Assembly: GCA_964536085.1 (NCBI GenBank)
Contig: CAZHWR010000003.1
Coordinates: 1,540-65,539 of the forward strand
Direction of reading: 5' to 3'
Source: an uncultured Oscillospiraceae bacterium
Lineage (GTDB): Bacteria > Bacillota > Clostridia > Oscillospirales > Ruminococcaceae
Length of the DNA stretch: 64,000 nt
Shown here: piece by piece, positions 1-10,204 of the stretch
Layout: each line of letters starts with the position of its first letter
Position numbering within the stretch: the stretch's first letter is position 1
The notes under the pieces: model-generated
Database searches by the model: none
What the model was told of the DNA's origin: nothing
The model's input: the letters and a program-made list of their open reading frames with translations, nothing else
Made by a program: the position numbers and the translations under genes

Positions 1-14
1 GATGCGGCGGAAGT

Positions 15-662
15 ATGAATAAAACTTCGCAGGGAAATGAAGGTCCGAATATGTACGGCGGATTTTCGCAGCGTGCGGCAGGCTTCGGAGCAGGCTTTTC
101 AGCAGGGGCACAGGTTGATCCGAACGAGGAAATAGCGGGCGTAAAAGCAAAGGACATTTCTAAATTTGCCGGTGAAAACAGCGCGTATTTTATTCCGCGT
201 TTCAAGGATATCGAAAACAAGACTAAGCATTATTCAAAATTCAATCTTGCGGCGTTAATCTTTGAATATTGGTATTTTTTGTATAGAAAAATGTGGGGCG
301 AGGCGGTGCTTGCGTTTCTGATAACATTTGCCCTGAGCATTCCAAGCGCAGTGGTTACGCTTAACACGAACGGACTCATAAGCCTTAACATTGATTCAAA
401 CCTCTTGCTCATGGTAAATTCGGTATTCTATATTCTGTCGATCGCTTTCAGAGCCTTTTTGAGCTATTATGCCAATAGGATGTACATGCGTAAAGCGGTA
501 AAAAATATAAAAAAGCTGAAAAACGACAGTCTTGATCCGCAGGATTACGACCGTGCGCTGGTAAGCCGCGGTTCGACCTCAAGAGTCGCGGTCATCATAT
601 TCGCGGCAGTATATTTTGTGGCTATGATGTTTGCAACAGCTGCGCTTGCAATGCATGCTTAA
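15..662 (+). CDS. Integral membrane protein (DUF2628-like), Gly/Ala-rich N-terminus
   Basis: 215-aa ORF. A G/A/F-rich soluble head is followed by about 3 hydrophobic helices (LIFEYWYFLY, LLLMVNSVFYILSIAF, VAVIIFAAVYFVAMMFATAALA). No catalytic motif recognised. Confidence 0.5.
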   Translation: MNKTSQGNEGPNMYGGFSQRAAGFGAGFSAGAQVDPNEEIAGVKAKDISKFAGENSAYFIPRFKDIENKTKHYSKFNLAALIFEYWYFLYRKMWGEAVLAFLITFALSIPSAVVTLNTNGLISLNIDSNLLLMVNSVFYILSIAFRAFLSYYANRMYMRKAVKNIKKLKNDSLDPQDYDRALVSRGSTSRVAVIIFAAVYFVAMMFATAALAMHA

Positions 663-704
663 AGCAGACATAAAAAGGAGTTTAATAAATTGAGGAGAGG
701 TAGT

Positions 705-1580
705 ATGGGAATTAAAATCAAGAAAGCAGTCATTCCGGCGGCGGGTCTGGGGACAAGGGTTTTGCCTGCGTCAAAGGCTATGCCGAAGGAAATGATTCCG
801 ATAGTTGATAAGCCTGCGATTCAGTATATCGTTGAGGAAGCGGCTAAAAGCGGTATCGAGGATATTCTGATAATCACTAACCGCGGCAAATCAATTATGG
901 AGGATCACTTTGACCGCACGCCCGAGCTTGAACAAAGATTGCTGGCATCCGGCAGGCAGAGCGCTTATGAAAGCATGGCGGAAATATCAAAGCTTGCGAA
1001 TATCACCTATATCCGCCAGCAGGAAACCAAAGGGCTCGGTCACGCGGTTTACAGGGCAAAGTCGTTTGTTGGGGACGAGCCGTTTGCCGTTTTGTACGGC
1101 GACGATGTTATAATAAGCGACAATCCCGCCTGCGGACAGCTTATAAGCGCGTATGAAAATTACGGACTGGGTACCGTCGGCATCAAGCCCGTGTCGTATG
1201 AGGACATTTCAAAATACTGTTCTTTAAAGGTGGACAAGCTTTCGGGAAACTGCTTTAAGGTCACCGATATGGTGGAAAAGCCGAAGCCCGAACAAATAAT
1301 GTCCAACTATTCTATTTTGGGCAGGTGCGTTCTGCCGAGCAAAATTTTTGATTTTCTCGAAAACACGGCTCCCGGAGCGGGCGGAGAGATCCAGCTTACC
1401 GACGCTATGCGCGAGCTCGCGGTGAGCGACGGCATGGTCGGCGTGGATTACGAGGGCGTTCGGTACGACATGGGAAATAAATTCGGAATAATGAAAGCGG
1501 CTATCGAAGTCGGGCTTGAACATCCCGAGATTAAAGACGAGTTGCGCGAATACATAAAACAACTCTCCGCAAGGCTGTAA
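705..1580 (+). CDS. galU: UTP--glucose-1-phosphate uridylyltransferase
   Basis: N-terminal KAVIPAAGLGTRVLPASKAMPKEMIPIVDKP matches the GalU nucleotidyltransferase signature. The ATG at 705 follows the RBS GAGGAGAGG, so the ORF-track start at 690 is probably too early. Confidence 0.9.
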   Translation: MGIKIKKAVIPAAGLGTRVLPASKAMPKEMIPIVDKPAIQYIVEEAAKSGIEDILIITNRGKSIMEDHFDRTPELEQRLLASGRQSAYESMAEISKLANITYIRQQETKGLGHAVYRAKSFVGDEPFAVLYGDDVIISDNPACGQLISAYENYGLGTVGIKPVSYEDISKYCSLKVDKLSGNCFKVTDMVEKPKPEQIMSNYSILGRCVLPSKIFDFLENTAPGAGGEIQLTDAMRELAVSDGMVGVDYEGVRYDMGNKFGIMKAAIEVGLEHPEIKDELREYIKQLSARL

Positions 1581-1704
1581 ATTAAAATTGCGCGGAATCC
1601 GAAGAAAAATCCTTGACTTTGACATTAAAATAAGTTATAATTCTTTCGTTATCCTTGCTTTGCAGAATTTTGCAAAGCCTTAAGTCCAGAAGGAGGTGCT
1701 TTAA

Positions 1705-2004
1705 ATGGCAAAAGTATCGGAGAAATACGAGTCTGTTCTCGTATTAAGTACAAAATCAGGTGAAGATGCGGTCAAAGCGGCGGTTGAAAAATTCACTGCT
1801 TTGATAACCAAACATGCGACCCTTGATTCGGTTGACGAGTGGGGCAAGCGCAGACTTGCGTATGCTATAAACTACGAAACCGAAGGGTATTATGTGCTGT
1901 TCAACTTTACATCCGCTCCCGATTTTCCGGCGGAGCTTGACCGTGTGTATAAAATTACCGACGGTGTTCTGCGCTCTTTGATCGTTAAAAAGGAAGAGGA
2001 ATAG
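1705..2004 (+). CDS. rpsF: 30S ribosomal protein S6
   Basis: 99 aa (YESVLVL...WGKRRLAYAI) in the conserved rpsF-ssb-rpsR order, with RBS AGGAGG upstream. Confidence 0.95.
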   Translation: MAKVSEKYESVLVLSTKSGEDAVKAAVEKFTALITKHATLDSVDEWGKRRLAYAINYETEGYYVLFNFTSAPDFPAELDRVYKITDGVLRSLIVKKEEE

Positions 2005-2036
2005 TCGTTTTATTTTCACAAAAGAGGTAATGTCGT

Positions 2037-2489
2037 ATGAATAGAGCAATTATCATGGGAAGACTTGTTGCAACACCGGAGCTTCGCAAAACTCCATCGG
2101 GAGTATCGGTGACTTCGTTTACGGTTGCCGTAAACAGAAGATATACCCCGAAGGACGGGTCTGACAGGCAGGCGGATTTCATCGATGTTGTGGCATGGCG
2201 CCAAACAGCCGAGTTCGTTACAAGATATTTCCAAAAAGGAAACATGATTGCGCTTGAGGGTTCCATTCAAACAAGAATGTATACCGATAAAAACGGAAAC
2301 AACCGCAAGGCTGTTGAAATTGTTGCTGATCAGGTCGACTTTTGTGAAAGCAAAAACAGCGCTGCAAACAGCGCACAGTCGGCGGCAGCCCCCGGGTTTA
2401 ACGAGCCTGAGAAGGGCGCGAGCTTTTCTATCGGCGATTTCGGCGAGTTTGAAGAGGTCGACACTGACGACAGCGAATTGCCGTTTTAA
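2037..2489 (+). CDS. ssb: Single-stranded DNA-binding protein
   Basis: OB-fold N-terminus MNRAIIMGRLV..PELR.T..G, a low-complexity linker and the acidic C-terminal tip DDSELPF. Confidence 0.95.
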   Translation: MNRAIIMGRLVATPELRKTPSGVSVTSFTVAVNRRYTPKDGSDRQADFIDVVAWRQTAEFVTRYFQKGNMIALEGSIQTRMYTDKNGNNRKAVEIVADQVDFCESKNSAANSAQSAAAPGFNEPEKGASFSIGDFGEFEEVDTDDSELPF

Positions 2490-2522
2490 CGTTTAACTTG
2501 ATTTTGTAAGGAGGTAAATTTC

Positions 2523-2765
2523 ATGGCTTACGACAGAAACCGCCAGGGCGCAAGAAGATCGCGTAAAAAGGTTTGTTCTTTTTGTGTAGAAAAAGTTGCG
2601 AACATTGATTATAAAGATGTTTCAAAGCTTAGAAAATATACAACCGAAAGAGCTAAAATCGTTCCGAGAAGAGTTACCGGAACCTGTGCGCGCCATCAGC
2701 GTCAGCTTACTACGGCGATTAAACGCGCGCGTCATCTTGCTATGATGCCTTATGTCAGCGACTAA
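2523..2765 (+). CDS. rpsR: 30S ribosomal protein S18
   Basis: 80 aa (CSFC..IDYKDV..LRKY.TERAKI.PRR.TG.CA.HQR.L..AIKRAR) in the conserved gene order. Confidence 0.95.
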   Translation: MAYDRNRQGARRSRKKVCSFCVEKVANIDYKDVSKLRKYTTERAKIVPRRVTGTCARHQRQLTTAIKRARHLAMMPYVSD

Positions 2766-2788
2766 GCTGATTTTATCTATTGATTGAA

Positions 2789-2823
2789 ACACCCGCGCTG
2801 TTATACGGCGCGGGTGTTTTTTA
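2789..2823 (+). terminator. Rho-independent terminator after rpsR
   Basis: Stem CACCCGCGC / GCGCGGGTG followed by a T-run. Confidence 0.8.
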
Positions 2824-2966
2824 TGCGGCGTTTTGCTTTGAACTTCGCGCAGACGAAATGTTGAATATCTGATAAAATTGTGGTATGCTGTTACTGTCGG
2901 CGCATAAGTATTTACAGTCGGCGCTTAAAGCTGGCATGCGAAAAAATGAAAAGGAGGGCGGTATAA

Positions 2967-3446
2967 ATGATAAAAATGCAGAGCATGAAATATCACTGGA
3001 TTTTCCTGCTTGTGTGCGTTTGTATTTTGTATCTGATTCTGCCCAAGCTTTTTCCTCAGGTGTTTGAGCGTTACAGCGCGGACGGTGAAATATCCAGCGT
3101 GGTTATATACGACGGCAGGATAGACGGCAAGGATTTTCAGGTAAGGGTCGTGAACGACAGCGATATCGAGATTCTCCATGAATCCGGAAGATCTACCGTG
3201 AGCCTTTCGTCGCTCGGATACACAGAGCTTGACGGATGCTTTACTTACGACGGAAACAATGATAACGATAAAACATATTGGTATGACATCCGCCAGACCG
3301 ACGGCAAATATACATATGTGGGCGGAAACAGGGCGAAGACAGTACATTTGTATTTTGAAACAGCGGATAAGCAGCATGTTTATAACTTTGATTTTTGGTG
3401 TTCTGCGGTGATGAAGGGCGTTAAGCCTTTAATAGAGGTTAAATGA
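2967..3446 (+). CDS. Hypothetical membrane-anchored protein
   Basis: 159-aa ORF with RBS AAGGAGGG and one N-terminal TM or signal anchor (HWIFLLVCVCILYLILP). No recognisable domain. Confidence 0.45.
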   Translation: MIKMQSMKYHWIFLLVCVCILYLILPKLFPQVFERYSADGEISSVVIYDGRIDGKDFQVRVVNDSDIEILHESGRSTVSLSSLGYTELDGCFTYDGNNDNDKTYWYDIRQTDGKYTYVGGNRAKTVHLYFETADKQHVYNFDFWCSAVMKGVKPLIEVK

Positions 3447-3694
3447 TTATGGGCTGAGATTTTCCAAGTCCGTTTTTTATACTGATTTGTAGTTTTTGAA
3501 GCTGCGCCCGATTTTTTATAAGACGGAAAGCACGGCTATTAATAAAAAATTAATTGTAAAAAAATGGCGACGTATTTAAATATCAATAAGTAAATATTTA
3601 CATAATAGATATTTTATTATCTATATATGATTTAAAAATATTTGTATTGTTAAAATATCGAAAATTGGAATTTCTACAACAGGGAGGCTATTTT

Positions 3695-6397
3695 ATGAAG
3701 CTGGCAAAAAAACTCGCGCTTTTTATGGCGGTGGTTATGATTGTAAGTATGCTGCCCACAGCCCTTTCAGGCTCGCTTGCAGCGGGTTTCAAGGTTCTGA
3801 ACGTCACGTCCAACAAGGTGACGGTTTATGCAGGGAGCGTTTATCAAATCAAAACCAACGGCTCGAATGTGACGTACAAGTCAAACAAAAAGAGCGTTGC
3901 AAAGGTGAGCGACAGCGGTCTTGTTACGGCGAAGAAAAAGGGCACGGCGACAATCAGAGTGACTAACGCTTCGACCGGAAAAGCCGTTAAGCTGAAAATC
4001 CGCGTAAAAAAGCCCGTGGGTTATACCGTAAGCAAAAAAAGCGGAAGCTACACCAGAACCATAAAGGTAAAAATCAAAGCTAAAAAAGGATATACGGTTT
4101 ATTACACCGTGAACGGAAAATTCAAGCTTTCAAAGAAGATTAAAAGCAGAAAATCCAAGACCATCACTGTTAAGAAAAACACTACGCTGAATCTGTACAT
4201 TAAGAAAAATTCGGATAAAGTCACTGCAAAGCAGATGAAGAAAGCAAAGGGCAAGGCGGTAAACTGCCCCGAATATCAGTATATAATCAACAGTTCAGCC
4301 GCTTCGTTGTCCGGCGTTGCGCAAAGCAGCACAAGCTCGCCTGATACCGACATAGATATTGTCGATTCGACCGAGCTTGATAATCCTGTTGTGCCAAGCG
4401 CGGATGAAGCCGATTCTTCCGGCGCCAACACTGCGGACTGGGCTCAAGACGACGCACAGGGCGCGGATACCGACGAGCTGTGGTTTGCAATCGATTCGGT
4501 TAAATATGTTGCGCTTTCGGACGATGGCGTGACCGTAACCGATGAAAACGGCGAAGAATCTACTGACTCGGGAGTGAGCATGAAGTCCGGAGTGGTTAAA
4601 ATCACCGTGCCGGGGGTTTATGTGCTCAGCGGTACTCTTACAGACGCGAGCGTTCAGGTTAAAAGCGGAGAGGGAGAATATACGCTGATTTTAAACGGAG
4701 TGGATATTTCCTGTAGTTCGACCGCGGCGTTGTATGCTACCAAAAAAGCAACAAAATTGACCGTGACGCTTGCAAATGAAACTCAAAACAGCCTTAAAGG
4801 ACCCGAGGAGTACACATTTGAGGACGGAGAGGACGAGCCGGACGCCGCTATGTTTGTTAAAAAAGAGCTGGTTATAAACGGACGCGGCTCGCTTAGCGTT
4901 ACCGACCCGAATGGTGACGCGATCAAGTGCAAGGATGCATTGAAGGTCGCACAGGCGAGTATCACAGTAAACGCAGGCGACGACGGAATAACCGGAAAGG
5001 ATTCGTTTGCCGCGAGCAATACCGCGCTTAACATAACCTCTATCGGAGACGGAATTAAAACAAATATTCAAACCGACGAATCACTCGGATATGTTGATAT
5101 AAGCGATTCGAGCGTTACGATAAATTCCTCAGGTGACGGAATACAGGCGGATACCACGGCGAAGTTTGAAAACTCCGACATTATCATCACCACTAACTAT
5201 ACTGACGCTAACGACAGCTTTAAAGGCATAAAAGCGGGCGGAGAGCTTACACTTGACGATGGTTCTGCGGTTTTGGCGGGCTTTGTGTATATAGCGAGCG
5301 GGACGTTTAAGATAAACTCGGTGGAGGACGCTATACAAAGCAAAAAGGATATGCTTATTGCAGGTGGAAAAATTACCGTTGATTCGTACAACGACGGGAT
5401 TCAGGCAAAATACAATCTTACGATTTCGGGCGACGAGACCGTAATTGACGTTACGACCCACAAAAACTCCGCATATACGTTTATAGACAGCTACAAGGGC
5501 ATTAAAGCGGGTATAAGCTCAGATGACGGGACAGTCGAGTCTGACGGTACGCTTTTGATAACCGGCGGAACGATTACGGTAGATACTACCGCAGCGGGAA
5601 TAACGAATGACAGCGGCTCTGAAAAGGGCGATGACGCTATACATTGTAACAATATTATGCGTATCGACGGCGGCACTATGACGCTGGCCGCTGGCGATGA
5701 TGCGCTTCATTCGGACAGCGAGCTTGTTATAAACGGCGGGACTATCACTGTCACTGCCTGCTATGAGGGCATCGAGAGTTATGAGATATATTTAGAGGGC
5801 GGCGAGGTCAATGTAACCTCCAGAGACGATGGCGTTAACGCGGCGGGCGGAAACGACAGTTCAGGAAGCACGGGCGAAACTAATCCGTGGCGTCCGGGCG
5901 GAACAAATCCGTCAATGTCGTCCGAGAGCAGCGGAACGCTTTATATAAACGGAGGAACGTATTATATTAACGCTTCCGGCGACGGACTTGATTCGAACGG
6001 AAGTATTTACATGACGGGCGGAAATGTTTATGTTTACGGTCCGACCTCAGGCGGAAACGGAATATTTGACTACGGCGACTCAGACAGCGTGTTCAAAAAA
6101 AGCGGCGGTCTGCTTATAGGAACCGGCACGTCTGATATGGCGGTGTACCCCACCTGTACAAACGGCGCCATGTGCAGATATACGGTAAACGGCACGGCGG
6201 GAAAACAGTGTTCAATTACCGATTCGTCGGGAACATATACCTTCACGCCGCCCAAGTCGTATTCGCTTGTTATTGTTTCCGCTCCGGGAATGACGGCGAA
6301 TTCAAGCTATACGCTCACATATAACGGTTCTTCTTCGTCAACAGCGAAAGCCGTGCAATCGGTTTCAGGAAATTCGGGCGCAAATTCCAGACGATAA
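3695..6397 (+). CDS. Secreted multidomain protein: Big_2 Ig-like domain, Fn3-associated/CHB_HEX_C-like domain, Cthe_2159-type beta-helix carbohydrate-binding region
   Basis: Signal peptide MKLAKKLALFMAVVMIVSMLP after RBS AGGGAGG. Big_2 signature SNKKSVAKVSDSGLVTAKKKGTATIRV. Repeated GDDGI/GDGIK/GDGIQ/NDGIQ/DDAIH/DDALH/YEGIE/GDGLD turns are typical of the Cthe_2159 parallel beta-helix family. Confidence 0.75.
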   Translation: MKLAKKLALFMAVVMIVSMLPTALSGSLAAGFKVLNVTSNKVTVYAGSVYQIKTNGSNVTYKSNKKSVAKVSDSGLVTAKKKGTATIRVTNASTGKAVKLKIRVKKPVGYTVSKKSGSYTRTIKVKIKAKKGYTVYYTVNGKFKLSKKIKSRKSKTITVKKNTTLNLYIKKNSDKVTAKQMKKAKGKAVNCPEYQYIINSSAASLSGVAQSSTSSPDTDIDIVDSTELDNPVVPSADEADSSGANTADWAQDDAQGADTDELWFAIDSVKYVALSDDGVTVTDENGEESTDSGVSMKSGVVKITVPGVYVLSGTLTDASVQVKSGEGEYTLILNGVDISCSSTAALYATKKATKLTVTLANETQNSLKGPEEYTFEDGEDEPDAAMFVKKELVINGRGSLSVTDPNGDAIKCKDALKVAQASITVNAGDDGITGKDSFAASNTALNITSIGDGIKTNIQTDESLGYVDISDSSVTINSSGDGIQADTTAKFENSDIIITTNYTDANDSFKGIKAGGELTLDDGSAVLAGFVYIASGTFKINSVEDAIQSKKDMLIAGGKITVDSYNDGIQAKYNLTISGDETVIDVTTHKNSAYTFIDSYKGIKAGISSDDGTVESDGTLLITGGTITVDTTAAGITNDSGSEKGDDAIHCNNIMRIDGGTMTLAAGDDALHSDSELVINGGTITVTACYEGIESYEIYLEGGEVNVTSRDDGVNAAGGNDSSGSTGETNPWRPGGTNPSMSSESSGTLYINGGTYYINASGDGLDSNGSIYMTGGNVYVYGPTSGGNGIFDYGDSDSVFKKSGGLLIGTGTSDMAVYPTCTNGAMCRYTVNGTAGKQCSITDSSGTYTFTPPKSYSLVIVSAPGMTANSSYTLTYNGSSSSTAKAVQSVSGNSGANSRR

Positions 6398-6558
6398 TTC
6401 TGTTGACACAGCCGATAAAAGCTGTATAATAAAATAAAGAAAAATAAAGACTATAGAAAATATCGGCGGGGGCTATGACGTTGTTACACAGAAAGTCATA
6501 TAATATTAAAAATCGGCGCAGAGCGGATATATCCGGCGGCGCGGTCAAAAGATGCATA

Positions 6559-7704
6559 ATGTCATTTTTATCGGCTGTGTGCGCGGGATTGCTGCTCTGT
6601 GCTTTTGTATTTACAGCCGCGGCGCAGGACTGCTCTGAAACGAGACAGGTTGAGGAGCTTGTTCCCGTGACAAAATCAGTGGGAGATGAAAAAGACGCTC
6701 AGCGGCTTTATTCGTATAATCAAAACACGGCGGTTGCCGATCCTTCGCGCAGGGGAATAGTTATTCCGGTTACGGTAAACGAGCCCGGCAGCATTAAAAT
6801 AAGCTTTTCTTCCATCAGCCTAGACCGGGCGATGAGCGTTTATATGTATATGGATTGCGAGTGTACAAACAGGCTTGCGGACAATCTGTATATCACAACT
6901 GATTCGATGGGTGAGGAAATTCACTTTTCCGCCGAAACCGCGGGGACGTATTATCTTTCATGCAGCTCGTACGCAGGGTATAGCAGGGACAGCAAATTTA
7001 TAAACGAATTTAAAATAGGCGCTGCGCTTTATCCGAGCGGGATAAAACAGGCTCCTGACGGCATTCGCGTTACATATTACCGAACAAGCCCGGACGAAAA
7101 GCATCTTTTTGAATTCAAAGCGGCAAAAACAGGCGTCGTAAGGGTTTATCTGCCATATCAAAACGGCAGTTATGTTAAAATGCTCAACGCATCTAAAAAG
7201 GCAATATCACAAACAGAGTATGTATCCGCCAACAGTGACTACAGCTTCAGGCAGGAGTTTTATGTAAAAAAAGGGAATACCTATTATCTGGAGGTAACCT
7301 CCAACGGTATTTCAGAGCATCTTCAGTCGATAAAGGTATCGTATAGGTCAGTAAAGGCGAGAGGCGGCGCGAAAAGATCCTCCGCTTCGTTGATCAGAAC
7401 GAGGAAAAAAGCAATGGGAATGCTGGTAAACGGAGGAAAACGCACCGTTTGGTACAAGGCCAAAATTCCTGTCGGGAAAAAGCTCAGATTAACTGTGAAA
7501 GGTAAAATAAACGGCGGTTTAACGGTCAGCGTTTACGATAAAAACGGAAAAAACGTTACAAAAGGAAAGAAAGCTTCGGTCAGCCGACGCGCCGTTGTAA
7601 AGACAAAAAGAGCCATGGACAAAAAGTCTGTTTATTACATAAAGGTTGAAAAAGCAAACCGATACAGCTCCGGGGAATTTACATTACGGGTAAGGGCAGC
7701 GTGA
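6559..7704 (+). CDS. Secreted protein with three PPC-like beta-sandwich repeats and a basic C-terminal region
   Basis: Signal peptide MSFLSAVCAGLLLCAFVFTAAAQ. Recurring GTYYLSCSS / GNTYYLEVTS / SVYYIKVEK motifs resemble pre-peptidase C-terminal domains. The start is uncertain: the ORF is open from 6475. Confidence 0.5.
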   Translation: MSFLSAVCAGLLLCAFVFTAAAQDCSETRQVEELVPVTKSVGDEKDAQRLYSYNQNTAVADPSRRGIVIPVTVNEPGSIKISFSSISLDRAMSVYMYMDCECTNRLADNLYITTDSMGEEIHFSAETAGTYYLSCSSYAGYSRDSKFINEFKIGAALYPSGIKQAPDGIRVTYYRTSPDEKHLFEFKAAKTGVVRVYLPYQNGSYVKMLNASKKAISQTEYVSANSDYSFRQEFYVKKGNTYYLEVTSNGISEHLQSIKVSYRSVKARGGAKRSSASLIRTRKKAMGMLVNGGKRTVWYKAKIPVGKKLRLTVKGKINGGLTVSVYDKNGKNVTKGKKASVSRRAVVKTKRAMDKKSVYYIKVEKANRYSSGEFTLRVRAA

Positions 7705-7713
7705 CGGCAAAAT

Positions 7714-7748
7714 AAAAAACAGCGGACGACCGGCCGCTGTTTTTTTAT
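7714..7748. terminator. Bidirectional terminator between convergent genes
   Basis: Stem ACAGCGG / CCGCTGT flanked by an A-run and a T-run. Confidence 0.75.
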
Positions 7749-7752
7749 TTAT

Positions 7753-9156
7753 CTATTTTCTTTTTCTTTTTATCGGTTTTGAAGCCGAACGGCTTTTCGG
7801 CCTTGAAAGCTGTTTGCGTTTTTGCGGGCGGCGCAAGCGGGTTTTTTTGAGCTTTTTGTTGTACAGTATGACAAACGCAAAATACAAAATCACAAGCAAA
7901 ATGACGACCGCGATGATTATTATGAATATCGTTGAGGTAAGAACGTTTTTAACCGAATTCAGAGCCATTAAAAATATGTTTGAATCAACATCTTCCGAGG
8001 CCACCAGGTCGACTGTCCCTATCACCTCATCGGCAAGCTTTAATGTGAGCGTTCCCACCTTGTCGCCCGCTTTTACGGGGGCGTCTATGCTGTCTGGAAT
8101 ATCGGCGATCTGCTGAACGCTTGTCGGGTCTGCATCGGTTGGTAGCAGTGCGGAAACATCATTCGCGGGAACCAAAAGCAGATGGTCGGTGTCGGATGAA
8201 AGGTTGACCTTAATATCCGAAACTGAGTTTTTCTTTTCGACCACGGTCTGAACCGAGTAATTGTCAAACGCCCAGTCATAAAGATTCTGAGTGTCTATAA
8301 AGCACAAATTATCGGAAATAGTGGCGCCGTTTTCATAAACGGTCGGCGCGCCCATGGTTATCAGTATATAGTTATAGCCGTTTTTTGAGCCGAGCGAAAC
8401 AAGATTTTTTCCCGATTCATCTGTAGTGCCGGTTTTTATGCCCTTGATATACGGGTAATAATAGCTGCTGCTGCTCGTCATCATCGTATTGGTGTGATAA
8501 ATATACCTTGCTTCGCTGTGCTTGTTGGTTTTTGACATTTTATATTCGCGGGTAGTCGATATTTTTTTGAACAGCGGAAGCGTCAGCGCATATTCTGTTA
8601 TCAAATACATATCGTAAGCGCTTGTTACCTGTTCGGGATCGTGCAGTCCGTGAGCGTTGACGTAGTTCGTATGGGTGCAGCCGAGTTCCTTGGCTTTTTC
8701 ATTCATCTGTTCCACAAAATCGGGGATGCTGCCGTTACCCATATAATCCGCAACGATACTGGCCGCTTCGCATGCGCTCGGAAGCAGCATTGCGTAAAGC
8801 AGGTCGAGCATGTTGACCTTTTCACCTACCATGATACCCGCGTTTGAAGCGGTACCTCCGCTTTCTTCATAAAGCTCATCGAAAATATACTGCGGGGCTG
8901 TCACAGTGATGCTTTTGGGATCGGAATATTTCTCCAAGACCAAAATGGCCACCATTATTTTGACAAAAGAGGCCGGATAAAGCTCTTTGTTTTCGTTTTG
9001 CTTGTAAACCACCGTGCCAGTATCGGTGTTTACCATATATACCGCCTGGCTGTTTACTGTGCTTTTGCTGGGCTTGAAAGCGGCGGATACCGAAAATGAG
9101 CTTCCAAAAACCGCGGCGGCGGCGAAAATACAAATGATATTCCTTAATTTTCTCAT
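7753..9156 (-). CDS. D-alanyl-D-alanine carboxypeptidase (S11 penicillin-binding protein) with C-terminal TM anchor and basic tail
   Basis: Signal peptide, SxxK motif (ASFVKIM) and KTG motif (IKTGTT). C-terminal helix IFIIIIAVVILLVILYFAFVILY followed by a K/R-rich tail. Confidence 0.85.
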   Translation of the reverse strand: MRKLRNIICIFAAAAVFGSSFSVSAAFKPSKSTVNSQAVYMVNTDTGTVVYKQNENKELYPASFVKIMVAILVLEKYSDPKSITVTAPQYIFDELYEESGGTASNAGIMVGEKVNMLDLLYAMLLPSACEAASIVADYMGNGSIPDFVEQMNEKAKELGCTHTNYVNAHGLHDPEQVTSAYDMYLITEYALTLPLFKKISTTREYKMSKTNKHSEARYIYHTNTMMTSSSSYYYPYIKGIKTGTTDESGKNLVSLGSKNGYNYILITMGAPTVYENGATISDNLCFIDTQNLYDWAFDNYSVQTVVEKKNSVSDIKVNLSSDTDHLLLVPANDVSALLPTDADPTSVQQIADIPDSIDAPVKAGDKVGTLTLKLADEVIGTVDLVASEDVDSNIFLMALNSVKNVLTSTIFIIIIAVVILLVILYFAFVILYNKKLKKTRLRRPQKRKQLSRPKSRSASKPIKRKRK

Positions 9157-9460
9157 GCCGTTTACTCCTATGTATGTAATGATATATGATTTTCACTGTA
9201 ATTCACATATAGACTTAACTCAGATAGGGATAAATCGCCTGAAAACCGTTTTCTCCCTATCGGGGCTAAGTCTAGTATAACAAATCGGCGGGAAAATATA
9301 AAGGGTGTGTCGGGAAAAATCTGAAATTTATATTTTACGTGGCGTAAGATTTTCGTGTACAGACGCTTTTTGCAATTTTATTTCGTACAAATATTTACGT
9401 TTCGCCGGATTTATGGTACAATATATCCATTAATTTCTGATATAACAAAGGAGAACTCAA

Positions 9461-10153
9461 GTGGTTTATATTACAGGGGACCTGCACGGCGATATAGAAA
9501 GGCTCAAGCAGCCTGAGCTGGGAAAGCTCAAAAAGGGCGACACGCTTATTGTCTGCGGTGATTTCGGCTTTTTGTGGGACGGCTCAAAGCAGGAGGAAAA
9601 GATTTTAAAATGGATAGGCAAGCGCAGATACAATGTTGCGTTTGTTGAAGGCTGTCACGACAATTACGAGCTTTTGCAAAAATATGAAATATCCGAATGG
9701 CGCTCCGGAAGAGTGCGGAACATTTCGGGGAATCTTTACCAGCTTGTAAGAGGAAGCGTTTACGATATCGACGGCGAAACATATTTTGTATTCGGCGGCG
9801 GCGAGAGCGACGATTACGATGAACGCATAGCCGAGGGAAAATGGTGGCAGCAGGAGCAGCCGTCCAAGGAAGAGGTCACGGGCGCCGTTGAAAATATAAC
9901 CGCTCACGATTCGAAGGTGGACTACATTATAACGCACGACGCTCCGCGCGCTTTAAACGGCGTTGTAGATATCGACGCGGACAAGCAGAGCTACATACAT
10001 ATTTTTTTGGATATCGTTTGCAAACAGTGCGAGTTTAAACGCTGGTTTTTTGGAAAATATCATATGGATAAGATGATACCGCCGAAATACAGAGCCCTGT
10101 TCAGGGACGTTGTAAATGTTAAAACAGGGAAAAATATCATCAAAAATCACTGA
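9461..10153 (+). CDS. Metallophosphoesterase (calcineurin-like)
   Basis: Motifs ITGDLHGD, CGDFGF, GCHDN and ITHDAP. GTG start preceded by AAGGAG. Confidence 0.8.
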   Translation: MVYITGDLHGDIERLKQPELGKLKKGDTLIVCGDFGFLWDGSKQEEKILKWIGKRRYNVAFVEGCHDNYELLQKYEISEWRSGRVRNISGNLYQLVRGSVYDIDGETYFVFGGGESDDYDERIAEGKWWQQEQPSKEEVTGAVENITAHDSKVDYIITHDAPRALNGVVDIDADKQSYIHIFLDIVCKQCEFKRWFFGKYHMDKMIPPKYRALFRDVVNVKTGKNIIKNH

Positions 10154-10204
10154 ACGGTTTTGTAATACGAATCAAATTCCGAAAATTGGAGATGAATAAT
10201 TGAA

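Noticed and set aside
10154-10204. A T-box or other leader upstream of gltX/glnS
   Set aside because: The intergenic regions (about 50 bp and 32 bp) are too short for a T-box, and no specifier or antiterminator structure is visible.
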